From positions 7,750,001 through 7,814,000 of the forward strand of contig OZ004615.1 in the NCBI GenBank assembly GCA_963924565.1: a DNA stretch of 64,000 nt, given 5' to 3'. Below are positions 56,001 through 64,000 of the stretch, piece after piece (position 1 is the stretch's first letter; each line of letters opens with the position of its first letter). Source of the stretch: Ascidiella aspersa (lineage: Eukaryota). The position numbers and the translations under genes were made by a program. The notes below the pieces were generated by a model that ran no database searches, was not told where the DNA came from, and saw nothing but the letters and a program-made list of their open reading frames with translations.

Positions 56001-58755
56001 TATGTACTGTCACCGATATATACACAAACACACGTCGCATACACGTTGTCACACCACTCTTGTCACTCACGTGCACTAACACTAAACTTTCGCCGCTTTT
56101 CACCACAGAGGTTAGAAGTCGGCGGGAACTTTATGACGAAAAGGCCTTGAATCAGATAATAACACAAAACGCATTACGATATATCAACATATTGAAGTCT
56201 GACCTTAAGTGTCACACAAAAGGGGCGCTTCCATGTTTACCCAATTTGACACACACAATATAGCTGCTATCTTATTGGCCGCATACATTCCTCATCAAAG
56301 GCATAAAGGAGCGTAGCACAATGGCTCATTAAAAGCGTACATCGAATACCTAACTTTGTAGAACCGATATATGGAATGGATGGTAAAGTGAGGGGATGGC
56401 AAAATGTTTGTCTTATTTGGGATACGTTTTCCACCTAATTTAAAAAATCGGCTTGAAATGGTAATTCGACTTGTAGCGAATTTTAACATTTCTTAAAAAG
56501 TCGTTATGCGGATTGCCATCGCATGTATTGTCTCCTCGAACATGGAGAAACGACAACCTGTCGACAAAATAATCGCTTTACTCGCCTTGCACCGTCACAG
56601 TGGCGCTGCACTCTATGACGTCAACAAATTCACTCGCGGTCATGCATCGATAAACGCCGGCGTCATCGCCTGACACGTGACACACATGCAAGGCGCAGTA
56701 GCCGTCGTCTCGCTCCGTCATTGTGACTTGGTCGCCGTGGACAATCGGTTGGTCATCTGCAATGATGTCACAGGTTTGAAAGTGTTTCGTAACAAACGTA
56801 AGCAATATAACAGTTTAAATGCTACTGAAAAAATAGGAAGCCGTTATCGACGAATAAAATCTCCTGGTGTGTATTAGCATGGTTTACGAATTACCATATT
56901 AATAATGTGGATAACAATTCCACCCATATCGTTTTTGATATGTGTCTAGTTTGTTGATGTGTATCGACATTCTAAGATGTGCACGAAAGAAAATAAATCG
57001 ACTCATGCGTTAATAAAGATAACAGTGTTTCCAGTTGTCCTGTTGCCTATGTTTAAGCGAGACGTATATGGTGAAACAAAATTCAAATGTTTTGTTGAAA
57101 ACTGTTAAAGTCTATTGTTGTATATCAAAAAATGGATTAGCCAGAAATTGATTCTTGTTTTGCATGTGGCAATGTTTGTGTTTAGAAACGTTAATAAGTT
57201 AAAGTGCTGCTTAAACTAGTCCTAATGCACGTGTTGGCCAGAATATTTAAATTTGTTTATCAATGCGATAATCGAAAATGAGTAATCTCAATTACACGCA
57301 ATGTGACGTCATACACTGACGGTATAAAACAACTAAGCTAACGAATTTGCTAATGCAATTTAAATTTATTTAAAAAGGCCACGAAAAAAAATTGCGACTA
57401 TATTTGTTTTAAAATGCAAACTTTAATTTAGATTTAGAGGGGGTCGTAAAGCATTGAGCACAGACAAAAAAAGTACACTGCTTAATATATTGGCGTTTAT
57501 CAAGTTTGTGGGCCGCGTTGACTCAAAAGTTAAGATTAAAAACATGGCAATAACTAAATTAGGTTGACAAAAGGTGAATCGGTATATTTCAGAGTTTAGA
57601 AAACGGTCGCTATTTCGTTAATATTTTAAAGACGGAATACTTTCGACGCGTAAAAATATACAAATATTAGGCTAAGTTTGTTAAACTTTCTTTGGAGAGA
57701 GTGCCACAGTGCAGAGGACGCTGTTTGTCTGTAAAGTTGCCAAAAATCGCGTGGAACATACGAGCAACACAGAAGAGGTTCGCGCAAAGCGCAAAAACAA
57801 TTTCCGTTTTAGTATTTAAAACAATCGAATTTGGCGGGGTCATGACTAGATCCTTCCCTGGAAAAAATGTTTACGATACAACCAAGCATGTAGAAACTTG
57901 CCCTTGTTTTTCGCTTAGACTATGTATTTCAAGGAAAATAAGCCGCGGGCCGGATTAAACTGCTAGGCGGGCCGTATGTGGCCCAGGTCTGGTCTACAAT
58001 GAGACTAATATTTTGAAGACAATACATTTTTAATTGAGATGCGCAAGATCTATAAATAATGATTAGCTCTGTAGTTAAACCGTGTCCAGATTTTAAGAGA
58101 ACTGACCTTTTATCCACAATACTCCGGTACTGGGTTTATTGGCAAGATAACAAAACAGCACCACGTCTTCATCGCGTTGTACTGTGACGTCACAAAGTGG
58201 CAGAGTGAAGCGTGGAAGGACTAAATATAAAAATTAAAAATTTTAGTAGATGCATTGTTTAGACAAAAACACAATATCAGCTACAAAAAGATTGTCATTG
58301 CAACACAAAACTGTAAATAGGCATTTTTTTATTTTGTATCACGATTGACGTGGTTAAATGTTACAAATGAATAAACACATGTAAAAGGGTGAAAACGGTA
58401 TAGTGACTAAACGATAAATTAAATTCGTTCAACGTAGATGATAACATGAGACATTTAATGAAAGTGGGAAGTTTAAAGAAAGCTGTGATGAGTAAAAATA
58501 CGTAGTCAGATGGACGAATACATATCAATAAGTAACCACATACAAGATTTCTAACGAATTACCGGCTAAAGGTGGTCGCATCGTAACTTGAATTGCCTTT
58601 CTGATTTCCCGAGACCACGATTTTTTCGAGGCCTCCGTCTTAGTTTTCAGGGCAACGCTCCATAGCGCCACGCCAAGGCGAGAATCGGAAGATTTTAAAA
58701 CGATGGCTTTAGTGGTAACGTTGTGCTCATCTTCCTCAATCAGCATACTGTCCGT
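1..58755 (-). CDS. OBSCN: Obscurin/UNC-89-like giant muscle protein, partial (PH - Ig - Ig - long non-modular linker - Ig - Ig - Ig - Ser/Thr kinase); continues beyond both window ends
   Basis: 33 exons chain in frame with matching intron phases (4793 nt): 58563-58755, 58107-58220, 56586-56756, 47290-47525, 46248-46308, 45850-45889, 45212-45432, 44373-44448, 43646-43782, 42876-43016, 42242-42422, 40497-40655, 36971-37350, 36336-36452, 35169-35348, 15372-15454, 14856-14941, 13937-14049, 13729-13816, 12973-13144, 11625-11723, 10806-11005, 10108-10222, 9104-9294, 8525-8653, 8190-8262, 6951-7102, 6320-6516, 4911-5067, 4172-4304, 1742-1900, 462-613, 1-87. The PH-Ig-Ig order, the DDGYCAL...VQVPP Ig pair and the kinase motif PFAGETDRATLL match obscurin/SPEG as recalled. 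Confidence 0.82.
1344..1709. mobile_element. hAT-type MITE
   Basis: TIR CAATGTTGT / ACAACACTG; TSD CTATAACT / CCATAACT; many internal AAGTCA/TGACTT motifs. Confidence 0.75.
3344..3422 (+). pseudogene. tRNA-Leu(TAA) with a damaged acceptor stem
   Basis: Intact D arm, TTGGA-CTTAAGT-TCCAA anticodon arm, long variable arm and T arm. The 5' acceptor strand ACTGGGT needs ACCCAGT, but only AGTA follows the T stem (4 nt missing). Confidence 0.75.
4413..4492. repeat. 80-bp near-perfect palindrome, member of a dispersed MITE-like family
   Basis: Symmetric around TATCA|TGATA; a related copy with a longer centre lies at about 50790-50965. Confidence 0.7.
5633..5712 (-). pseudogene. Strongly decayed tRNA-Leu(TAA)-like relic
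   Basis: Reverse complement retains GACTTAAGTT...TGTCCGCCTGGGTTCGA...ACACCCAGCA. Confidence 0.45.
6026..6097 (+). tRNA. tRNA-Ala(CGC)
   Basis: Canonical 72-nt cloverleaf GGGGATGTAGCTCAGTGGTAGAGCG...TTCGCAT...GGTTCAATCCCCGGCATCTCCA followed by a T5 Pol III terminator. Confidence 0.96.
6320..7102 (-). CDS. OBSCN: I-set Ig domain immediately before the kinase (exons 6951-7102, 6320-6516)
   Basis: APYFDEIMEDVAIVSGDDATFSVRIFGEPPPVVRWLKD...HSLLIKGATSDQSGVYACEGSNQSGEVTCKAELTV. Confidence 0.88.
7128..7608. mobile_element. Decayed MITE-like element with TACTCA/TGAGTA subterminal repeats
   Basis: Clusters of ATACTCAAGT at the left and ACTTGAGTATGAGTA at the right, in inverted orientation. Confidence 0.4.
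8190..9294 (-). CDS. OBSCN: I-set Ig domain plus linker (exons 9104-9294, 8525-8653, 8190-8262)
   Basis: APTFTLELCDVEAKEGDDVIMTCDVSGLPAPEVEF...YRLHFDAIQRNDEGVIRACAKNPVGKAESSAEIFV; phases 0-2, 2-2, 2-0. Confidence 0.82.
9486..9883. mobile_element. hAT-type MITE
   Basis: TIR TAGAGATAGGCCGATAT / ATATCCGTCGATCTCTA; TSD GTTACAAA / GTTATAAA; repeated ATCGG/CCGAT subterminal motifs; related fragments at about 22199-22300 and 49030-49115. Confidence 0.8.
10108..11723 (-). CDS. OBSCN: I-set Ig domain (exons 11625-11723, 10806-11005, 10108-10222)
   Basis: PPKFT|EFLRDVTAREGESVELACLLETNPEASVTWYKD...YSLTVSAASREYEGEYSVTATNRFGSDSCNATIVV. Confidence 0.88.
12973..15454 (-). CDS. OBSCN: Ser/Glu/Pro-rich linker exons downstream of the nested MLCK (15372-15454, 14856-14941, 13937-14049, 13729-13816, 12973-13144)
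   Basis: Five open exons with canonical sites and chained phases 1-0-2-1-2-0. The first begins in phase 1 with no in-frame ATG, so it needs an upstream exon. Confidence 0.72.
13285..13372 (-). repeat. Second copy of the hammerhead-containing repeat (paralogue of 47026-47112), stem I damaged
   Basis: About 88 bp align nearly end to end with 47026-47112; core CTGATGA...GAAACGTC is retained. Confidence 0.75.
16853..32023 (-). CDS. MYLK: Short Ca2+/calmodulin-dependent myosin light chain kinase (MYLK4-like, about 391 aa), complete, nested in an obscurin intron
   Basis: Exons 32011-32023 (MTET), 31241-31286, 27556-27596, 25887-25986 (DPAYFQHKVVKAK...VLG), 24223-24426 (SGRFGKV...AAK...HPKLLQLYD), 22674-22815 (GGELFDRV...HLDLK), 20653-20855 (PENILC...IIDFGFARR...FGTPEFVAPE...DVWSIGV), 19400-19552 (LSGLSPFMGD), 18237-18372 (LKKFVARRKWV), 16853-16990 (RSINAVRAITKL...TAA). 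The kinase exons are solid; the three 5' micro-exons are less certain. Confidence 0.9.
21083..21153 (-). tRNA. tRNA-Gly(CCC)
   Basis: Reverse complement GCACTGCTGGTCTAGTGGTAACATGCAAGATTCCCATTCTTGCGCCCCGGGTTCGATTCCCGGGCAGTGCA; 71-nt cloverleaf. Confidence 0.93.
30530..30758. repeat. Long inverted repeat (81-bp arms, 2 mismatches, 67-bp spacer) containing a hammerhead-like core
   Basis: Arms 30530-30610 and 30678-30758; plus strand CTGAAGA-T-GATACGAGCTCGTATC-GAAA-CG-TC at 30669-30700. Confidence 0.85.
35169..45889 (-). CDS. OBSCN: Non-modular Ser-rich linker exons after the post-PH Ig pair (10 exons)
   Basis: Open, GC-richer exons with canonical AG/GT ends and chained phases from 45850-45889 to 35169-35348; the last ends in phase 1 (CAC A|GTAAGG). 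Confidence 0.75.
35391..35634. mobile_element. hAT-type MITE
   Basis: TIR CAGGGCCGGATTAA / TTAGTCCGGCACTG; TSD GACATGCC / GACATGTC; lies about 40 nt from the acceptor of exon 35348. Confidence 0.8.
37770..38123. mobile_element. Decayed MITE with CCGAGTCCGACTCC repeats
   Basis: Repeated GAGTCCGACTCC motifs ending in ...CTCCGCAGCCCTG, a hAT-like terminus. Confidence 0.5.
41829..42155. mobile_element. Probable MITE
   Basis: TIR CAGGGTTGCCACA / TGTGGCGACCCTG; no clear TSD. Confidence 0.55.
46248..47525 (-). CDS. OBSCN: Second post-PH I-set Ig domain (exons 47290-47525, 46248-46308)
   Basis: VPPYFQRHVTDTSCTFGDVARLVCDVTGTPDPEVEWSHE...ATLVVYDVGPDDIGRYSCK|IWNVLGEACSSGAVF. Confidence 0.9.
47061..47104 (-). 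ncRNA. Minimal type I hammerhead ribozyme motif (Penelope-like-element type)
   Basis: Minus strand AACC-CTGACGA-GGTCAGC tggtatct GCTGCC-GAAA-CG-TC-GGTT: complete core, stem I AACC/GGTT, stem II, palindromic ACGT in place of stem III. Confidence 0.7.
48445..48518. repeat. Perfect 37-bp tandem duplication
   Basis: CAGTAGTTGAACAGTATTTATGGGACCGGAGCCATTT occurs twice. Confidence 0.9.
48648..48786 (-). CDS. Candidate alternative first coding exon of a short obscurin isoform
   Basis: ATG-initiated 46 open codons (MQSSYYPSDEHRSLNLFTDCEQLCHVIHVLYLDRIKLKTRSGATPC) ending G|GTAAAT in phase 1, matching the phase-1 acceptor at 47525. Confidence 0.45.
56586..58220 (-). CDS. OBSCN: First post-PH I-set Ig domain (exons 58107-58220, 56586-56756)
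   Basis: LPRFTLPLCDVTVQRDEDVVLFCYLANKPSTGVLWIK|DDQPIVHGDQVTMTERDDGYCALHVCHVSGDDAGVYRCMTAS...CSATVTVQ. Confidence 0.88.
58563..58755 (-). CDS. OBSCN: Exon encoding the C-terminal half of a PH domain (RhoGEF-associated)
   Basis: ...WSVALKTKTEASKKSWSREIRKAIQ: last strand plus amphipathic helix with the conserved Trp; splices in phase 1 to the Ig exon. Confidence 0.7.
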
Positions 58756-59900
58756 CTGAAATAAAATCAATTTAAAACATATTAGAACATTTTTAGAACA
58801 CGCCACTGAATAACAAATATTGTGTGAATTTGTTAAAAAAAGCCACAGTTCCTCTGAACAAATAGATAAGGCTTCAGTCACCTAATCCGCGGATTGCGGT
58901 TCCGAGTCACATTTCGGCTAATGCAAAAAAAAGATGAAATTTATTTTGTGGTGATTTGCTAGACTTTAATGAAATTGGAAGATTTGTTACAACAAATCAC
59001 CTCTTGAAGCCTATGAATGAGGCGTCAGTCTGCTAAACCAAATATTGCGGGTTCTAATCACGGTTGGGAAATGTTTTCAAAAAGCAAAAAAAAAAGAATT
59101 GCGGTGTTTTGCTAGAAATATTACAAATTCACTCCAAAAGAAACTCCTGTGGCCTAATGGATAAATCGTCGGTTTCCTAAACCGAAGATTGCGGGTTCGA
59201 GTCCCGCCAGGGGTATAATTTTAGAATAAGTAAAATACGTTTGTTGTGTTATGGTTGAATTATTCCAAATTGGAAGATTTGTTAAAAGAAACCAGCTCCT
59301 TTGGCCTAGTGGATAAGGCGTCAGTCTCCTAAACCGAAGATTGCGGGTTCGAGTCCCGCCAGGGGTATAATTTTAGAATAAGTAAAGTACTTTTGTTGTT
59401 TTATGGTTGAATTATTCCAATTTGGAAGATTTGTTAGAAGAAACCAGCTCCTGTGGCCTAATAGATAAGGCGTCGGTCTCCTAAACCGAAGATTGCGGGT
59501 TCGAGTCCCGCCATGGGTATAATTTTAGAATAAGTAAAATACTTTTGTTGTGTTATGGTTGAATTATTCCAAATTGGAAGATTTGTTAGAAGAAGCCAGC
59601 TCCTGTGGCCTAATGGATAACGGTCGGTCTCCTAAACCGAAGATTGCGGGTTCGATTCCCGCCAGGGGTAAATTTTTAAGAGAAGAAAACAACTGTGTGG
59701 TATTTGTCTAGAATTATTTTAAATTGGAAAATTTGTCAGAACTTAAGATCTCCTGTGGCCTAATGGATAAGGCGTCGGTCTCCTAAATCGAAGATTGCGG
59801 GTTCGAATGTCGCCAGGGGTATGATTTTAGAATAAGTAAAATACTTTTGTTGTGTTATGGTTGAATTATTCCAAATTGGAAGATTTGTTAAATGAAACCA

Positions 59901-59973
59901 GCTCCTGTGGCCTAATGGATAAGGCGTCGGTCTCCTAAACCGAAGATTGCGGGTTCGAGTCCCGCCAGGGGTA
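59901..59973 (+). tRNA. tRNA-Arg(CCT), consensus copy
   Basis: GCTCCTGTGGCCTAATGGATAAGGCGTCGGTCTCCTAAACCGAAGATTGCGGGTTCGAGTCCCGCCAGGGGTA; anticodon arm TCGGT-CTCCTAA-ACCGA; T run downstream. Confidence 0.93.
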
Positions 59974-60505
59974 TAATTTTAGAATAAGTAAAATACTTTT
60001 GTTGTGTTATGGTTGAATTATTCCAAATTGGAAGATTTGTTAGAAGAAACCAGTTTCTGTGGCCCAATGGATAAGGCGTCGGTCTCCTAATCCGAAGATT
60101 GTGGGTTCGATTCCCGCCAGGAGTAAATTTTTAAGTGAAGAAAACAACTTTGTGGTGTTTTGCTGCAATTATTTTAAATTGGAAGATTTGTCAGAACATA
60201 AGAGATCCTGTGGCCTAATGGATAAGTTGTCGGTCTCCTAAATCGAAGATTGCGGGTTCGAATTGCGCCGAGGGTAAATTTTTAAGTGGGTAAAATAACT
60301 TTGTGGTGTTTTTCTACTATCATTTTTAATTGGAATATTTGTTAGAAGAAACCAGCTCCTGTTGCCTAATAGATAAGGCGTCGGTCTCCTAAACCGAAGA
60401 TTTCGCGTTCGAGTCCCGCCAGGGGTAAAATTTTAAGTGAGTAAAATAACTTGGTGGTGTTTTGCTACAATTATTTTAAATTGAAAGATTTGTTAGAACA
60501 TAAGA

Positions 60506-60578
60506 GCTCCTGTGGCCTAATGGATAAGGCGTCGGTCTCCTAAACCGAAGATTGCGGGTTCGAGTCCCGCCAGGGGTA
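60506..60578 (+). tRNA. tRNA-Arg(CCT), consensus copy
   Basis: Identical to the array consensus, T5 downstream. Confidence 0.93.
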
Positions 60579-60656
60579 AATTTTTAAGTGAGTAAAATAA
60601 CTTTGTGGTGTTTTGCTACAATTATTTTAAATTGAAAGATTTGTTAGAACATAAGA

Positions 60657-60729
60657 GCTCCTGTGGCCTAATGGATAAGGCGTCGGTCTCCTAAACCGAA
60701 GATTGCGGGATCGAGTCCCGCCAGGGGTA
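60657..60729 (+). tRNA. tRNA-Arg(CCT) variant (T54>A in the T loop/B box)
   Basis: One substitution from consensus (GGGATCGA). Confidence 0.65.
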
Positions 60730-60952
60730 TAATTTCAGAATAAGTAAAATACATTTGTTGTGTTATGGCTGAATTATGTCAAATTGGAAGATTTGTTAGA
60801 AGAAACCAGCTCGTGTGGCCTAATGGATAAGGCGTCGGTCTCCTAAACCGAAGATTGCGGGTTCGAGTCCCGCCAGGTGTAAAATTTTAAGTGAGTAAAA
60901 TAACTTCGTGGTGTTTTGCTACAATTATTTTAAATTGAAAGATTTGTTAGAA

Positions 60953-62053
60953 CAGCGTGGTCCAACTGCATGCCCGCGAGTTCAGCTTTTTTGGCCCACG
61001 AACTGATAGTCAGCTTTGGTTCAATCTGGCAATATCACTTCAATTTTTGTTTTTTTAATTTTTTGGTGTTGAAATTATTTCCTAACTACCGTAATTGAAC
61101 AAAGGTATACATTCCATAAAGTTAGTATGTATGCCATAAACTAGTGGTAATTTGTTCGTGAACCCCTTTGAAAGGCTCTCGACCCTCGTGTTCCTCCTGC
61201 TTATAAAAATACCAAGCATTGTGTTCAAAGTATTTTCACTTGTTCTACTTCTTTACGTTAATAACAAATACAGCCATGCCCGACGAAGTTCGCAGCCTTC
61301 CACGACGCATCAGTAAAGAAGCGCTAATCTTGTTCAAAAGACAGCATCAAAACGCAAAATAACCGGATGTTACAAGATCATTCGAAAGTTTTTCGCACTT
61401 ACGCAGTTAAAATAGTCAAAAATATTTGTAATCGATATTTGTAAATGGTGTCTAGTTTGTCAAACCGGCGGCGGGCCGGATAGCTCTCATTGGCGGCCCG
61501 CGGGCCTTAGGTTGCCGACCCCTGGATTAGCCGAAGGGTATTGCCAAGTAAGAATTGGCCGCCCGAAATGCATGGCTACGTATAAAGCAGCACAGTAATT
61601 GTTTCGCCACAGCGACAGGTCTCTAATCAAACTCGTCACTCGCGAACGACCAATTAAACTTTTCCGCAACTTTCCGCGATAAAACGAATAAATAGGATTT
61701 AATATTCTACTTTAAACATCCCTACTGACTTGTCAAAGCAGGTGTCAGAAAAATATGTTACAAACCGTTATAAGAAAGGTTTGCAGTCATAATAAAAACA
61801 CAAAATCTAGTTAACTGGTAAATTTTCAAAATTTGGTTTTCGCAATATCTAGCTGGAGAGTTATGCCCGTGGCCCCCCAATGACCGCACCGAGTTCCCTC
61901 AGGGGGGCCGAGGGCCACGGTTGAGAAACCAGTACCATAGACTATGTATAATTTGCCAGCAATAAGCCTTAGAATCGAATTTTACAAAATTGGCCCGCAA
62001 GATAAAATAAACCTTGTTTTTGGCCCGCGATGAAAACAAGTTGGACCACATTG
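60953..62053. mobile_element. Non-autonomous hAT-like DNA element (1101 bp) in the tRNA array spacer
   Basis: TIRs CAGCGTGGTCCAACT / AGTTGGACCACATTG; 8-bp TSD TGTTAGAA / TGTTATAA; subterminal GGCCCGCG motifs; internal ends of other MITEs (about 61495-61524, about 61905-61933); no transposase. Confidence 0.85.
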
Positions 62054-62068
62054 TGTTATAACATAAGA

Positions 62069-62141
62069 GCTCCTGTGGCCTAATGGATAAGGCGTCGGTA
62101 TCCTAAACCGAAGATTGCGGGTTCGAGTCCCGCCAGGGGTA
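62069..62141 (+). tRNA. tRNA-Arg(CCT) variant (C32>A)
   Basis: One substitution in the anticodon loop (ATCCTAA). Confidence 0.7.
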
Positions 62142-62326
62142 CAATTTTAGAATAAGTAAAAGTTAGAAGAAACCAGCTCCTGTGGCCTAATGGATAAGGC
62201 GTCGGTCCCCTAAACCGAAGATTACGGGTTCGAGTCCCGCCAGGGGTAAATTTATAAGTAAAGAAAACAACTTTGTGGTATTTTGCTAGAATTATTTTAA
62301 ATTGAAAGATTTGTTAGAACATAAGA

Positions 62327-62399
62327 GCTCCTGTGGCCCAATGGATAAGGCGTCGGTCTCCTAAACCGAAGATTGCGGGTTCGAGTCCCGCCAGGGGTA
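62327..62399 (+). tRNA. tRNA-Arg(CCT) variant (T13>C)
   Basis: One substitution in the D stem. Confidence 0.8.
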
Positions 62400-62621
62400 T
62401 AATTTTAGAATATGTAAAATACTTTTGTTGTGTTATGGTTGAATTATGTCAAATTGGAATATTTGTTAGAAGGAACCAGCTCCTGTTGCCTAATGGATAA
62501 GACGTGGGTCTCCTAAACCGAAGATTGCGGGTTCGAGTCCCGCCAGGGGTAAATTTTGTGGTGAACTTTGTGGTGTTTTGCTACAATTATTTTAAATTGA
62601 AAGATTTGTTAGAACATAAGA

Positions 62622-62694
62622 GCTCCTGTGGCCTAATGGATAAGGCGTCGGTCTCCTAAACCGAAGATTGCGGGTTCGAGTCCCGCCAGGGGTG
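62622..62694 (+). tRNA. tRNA-Arg(CCT), consensus body with G discriminator
   Basis: Matches consensus except the last base. Confidence 0.9.
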
Positions 62695-62773
62695 TAATTT
62701 TATAATAAGTAAAATACTTTTATTGTGTCATGGTTGAATTATTCCAAATTGGAAGAGTTGTTAGAAGAAACCA

Positions 62774-62846
62774 GCTCCTGTGGCCTAATGGATAAGGCGT
62801 CGGTCTCCTAAACCGAAGATTGCGGGTTCGAGTCCCGCCAGGGGTA
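62774..62846 (+). tRNA. tRNA-Arg(CCT), consensus copy
   Basis: Identical to the array consensus, T5 downstream. Confidence 0.93.
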
Positions 62847-63068
62847 AATTTTTAAGTGAGTAAAATAACTTTGTGGTGTTTTGCTACAATTATTTTAAAT
62901 TGAAAGATGTGTTAGAACATAACAGCTCCTGTGGCCTAATGGATAAGGCGTTGGTCTCCTAAACCGAAGATTGTGGGTTCGAGTCCCGCCAGTGGTAAAA
63001 TTTTAAGTGAGTAAAATAACTTTGTGGTGTTTTGCTACAATTATTTTAAATTGAAAGATTTGTTAGAA

Positions 63069-64000
63069 CAGCGTGGTTCAACTGAAGGCCCGCGGGCCAA
63101 CTTTGGCCCGCGAGTTCAGCTTTTTTGGCCAGCGAACTGATAGTCAGCTTTGGTTCAATCTGGCAATATCACTTCAATTTTTGTTTTTTTAATTTTTTGG
63201 TGTTGAAATTATTTCCTAACTACCGTAATTGAACAAAGGTATACATTCCATAAAGTTAGTATATATGCCATAAACCAGTGGTTATTTGTTCGTGACCCCC
63301 TTTGAAAGGCTCTCGACCCTCGTGTTCCCCCTGCTTATAAAAATACCAAGCATTGTGTTCAAAGTATTTTCACTTGTTTTACTTCTTTAGGTTAATTACA
63401 AATACAGCCATGCCCGACGAAGTTGGCAGCCTTCCACGACGCAACAGTAAAGAAGCGCTGATGTTGTTCAAAAGAAAGCATCAAAACGCAAAATAACCGG
63501 ATGTTACAAGATCATTCGCGCGAAGCGCGAAAGTTTTTCGCACTTACGTAGTTGAAATAGTCAAAAAATATTTGTATTGGACATTTGTAAATGGTGTCTA
63601 GTTTGTCAAACCGGCGGCGGGCCGGATAGTTCTCATTGGCGGCAGGCGGGCCGTAGGTTGCCGACCCCTGGATTAGGCGAAGGGTATTGCCAAGTAAGAA
63701 TTGGCGGCCAGAAAAAACGCTGACGTCGAACTGCATGGCTACGTATAAAGCAGCACAGTAATTGTTTCGCCACTGCGACAGGTCTCTAACCAAACTCGTC
63801 ACTCGCGAACGACCAATTAAACTTTTCCGTAACTTTCCGCGATAAAACGAATAAATAGGATTTAATATTCTACTTTAAACATCCCTACTGACTTGTCAAA
63901 GCAGGTGTCAGAAAAATGTGTTACAAACCGTTACAAGAAAGGTTTGCAGTCATAATAAAAACACAAAATCAAGTTAACTGGTAAATTTTGAAAATTTGGG
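63069..64000. mobile_element. Second copy of the same hAT-like element, truncated by the window end
   Basis: Starts TGTTAGAA|CAGCGTGGTTCAACT and is colinear with 60953 onward, with substitutions and small indels. Confidence 0.85.

Larger units (their letters stand above)
58849..62997 (+). repeat. Tandem array of tRNA-Arg(CCT) genes and pseudogenes, period about 151-152 bp, 19 clear plus 2 decayed copies
   Basis: Copy starts 59143, 59295, 59447, 59599, 59749, 59901, 60053, 60204, 60355, 60506, 60657, 60809, 62069, 62176, 62327, 62479, 62622, 62774, 62925; decayed copies near 58849 and 58999. There are two related spacer types. Confidence 0.95.

Noticed and set aside
59143-62997. CRISPR-like repeat-spacer pattern
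   Set aside because: The repeats are 73-nt tRNA cloverleafs, the spacers are homologous to each other, there are no cas genes, and the context is eukaryotic.
59143-62997. CCT-anticodon tRNA as a recoded Gly tRNA (ascidian mitochondrial AGR = Gly)
   Set aside because: The body is a standard cytosolic Arg tRNA (GTGGCCTAATGGATAAGGC D arm, Pol III boxes) with no mitochondrial features.
61487-63802. Similar ORFs in both element copies as a transposase
   Set aside because: Short, frameshifted between copies, and without DDE or BED motifs.

Overview
AT-rich, intron-rich animal genomic DNA; an invertebrate chordate such as a tunicate is plausible but not provable from the sequence. The minus strand carries part of a giant obscurin/UNC-89-type muscle gene. 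I assembled 33 phase-consistent exons by hand (about 1,600 aa, open at both ends): PH C-terminus, 2 Ig, about 750 aa of low-complexity linker, 3 Ig, then an obscurin-type kinase with a degenerate Gly loop and DFT in place of DFG. A complete short myosin light chain kinase gene (MYLK4-like, about 391 aa, with its own start exon, CaM-binding tail and stop) lies on the SAME strand inside a 19.7-kb phase-1 intron of that gene (15455-35168). It is splice-phase compatible with the host, so it could also act as an alternative kinase terminus. Introns also hold tRNA-Ala(CGC), tRNA-Gly(CCC), a damaged tRNA-Leu(TAA), several hAT-type MITEs with 8-bp target-site duplications, and minimal type I hammerhead motifs of the Penelope-like kind. 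Upstream of the PH exon (58.85-63.0 kb) is a roughly 152-bp-period tandem array of about 21 tRNA-Arg(CCT) copies, interrupted twice at the identical spacer position by a 1.1-kb non-autonomous element. All gene models are manual predictions without transcript evidence.
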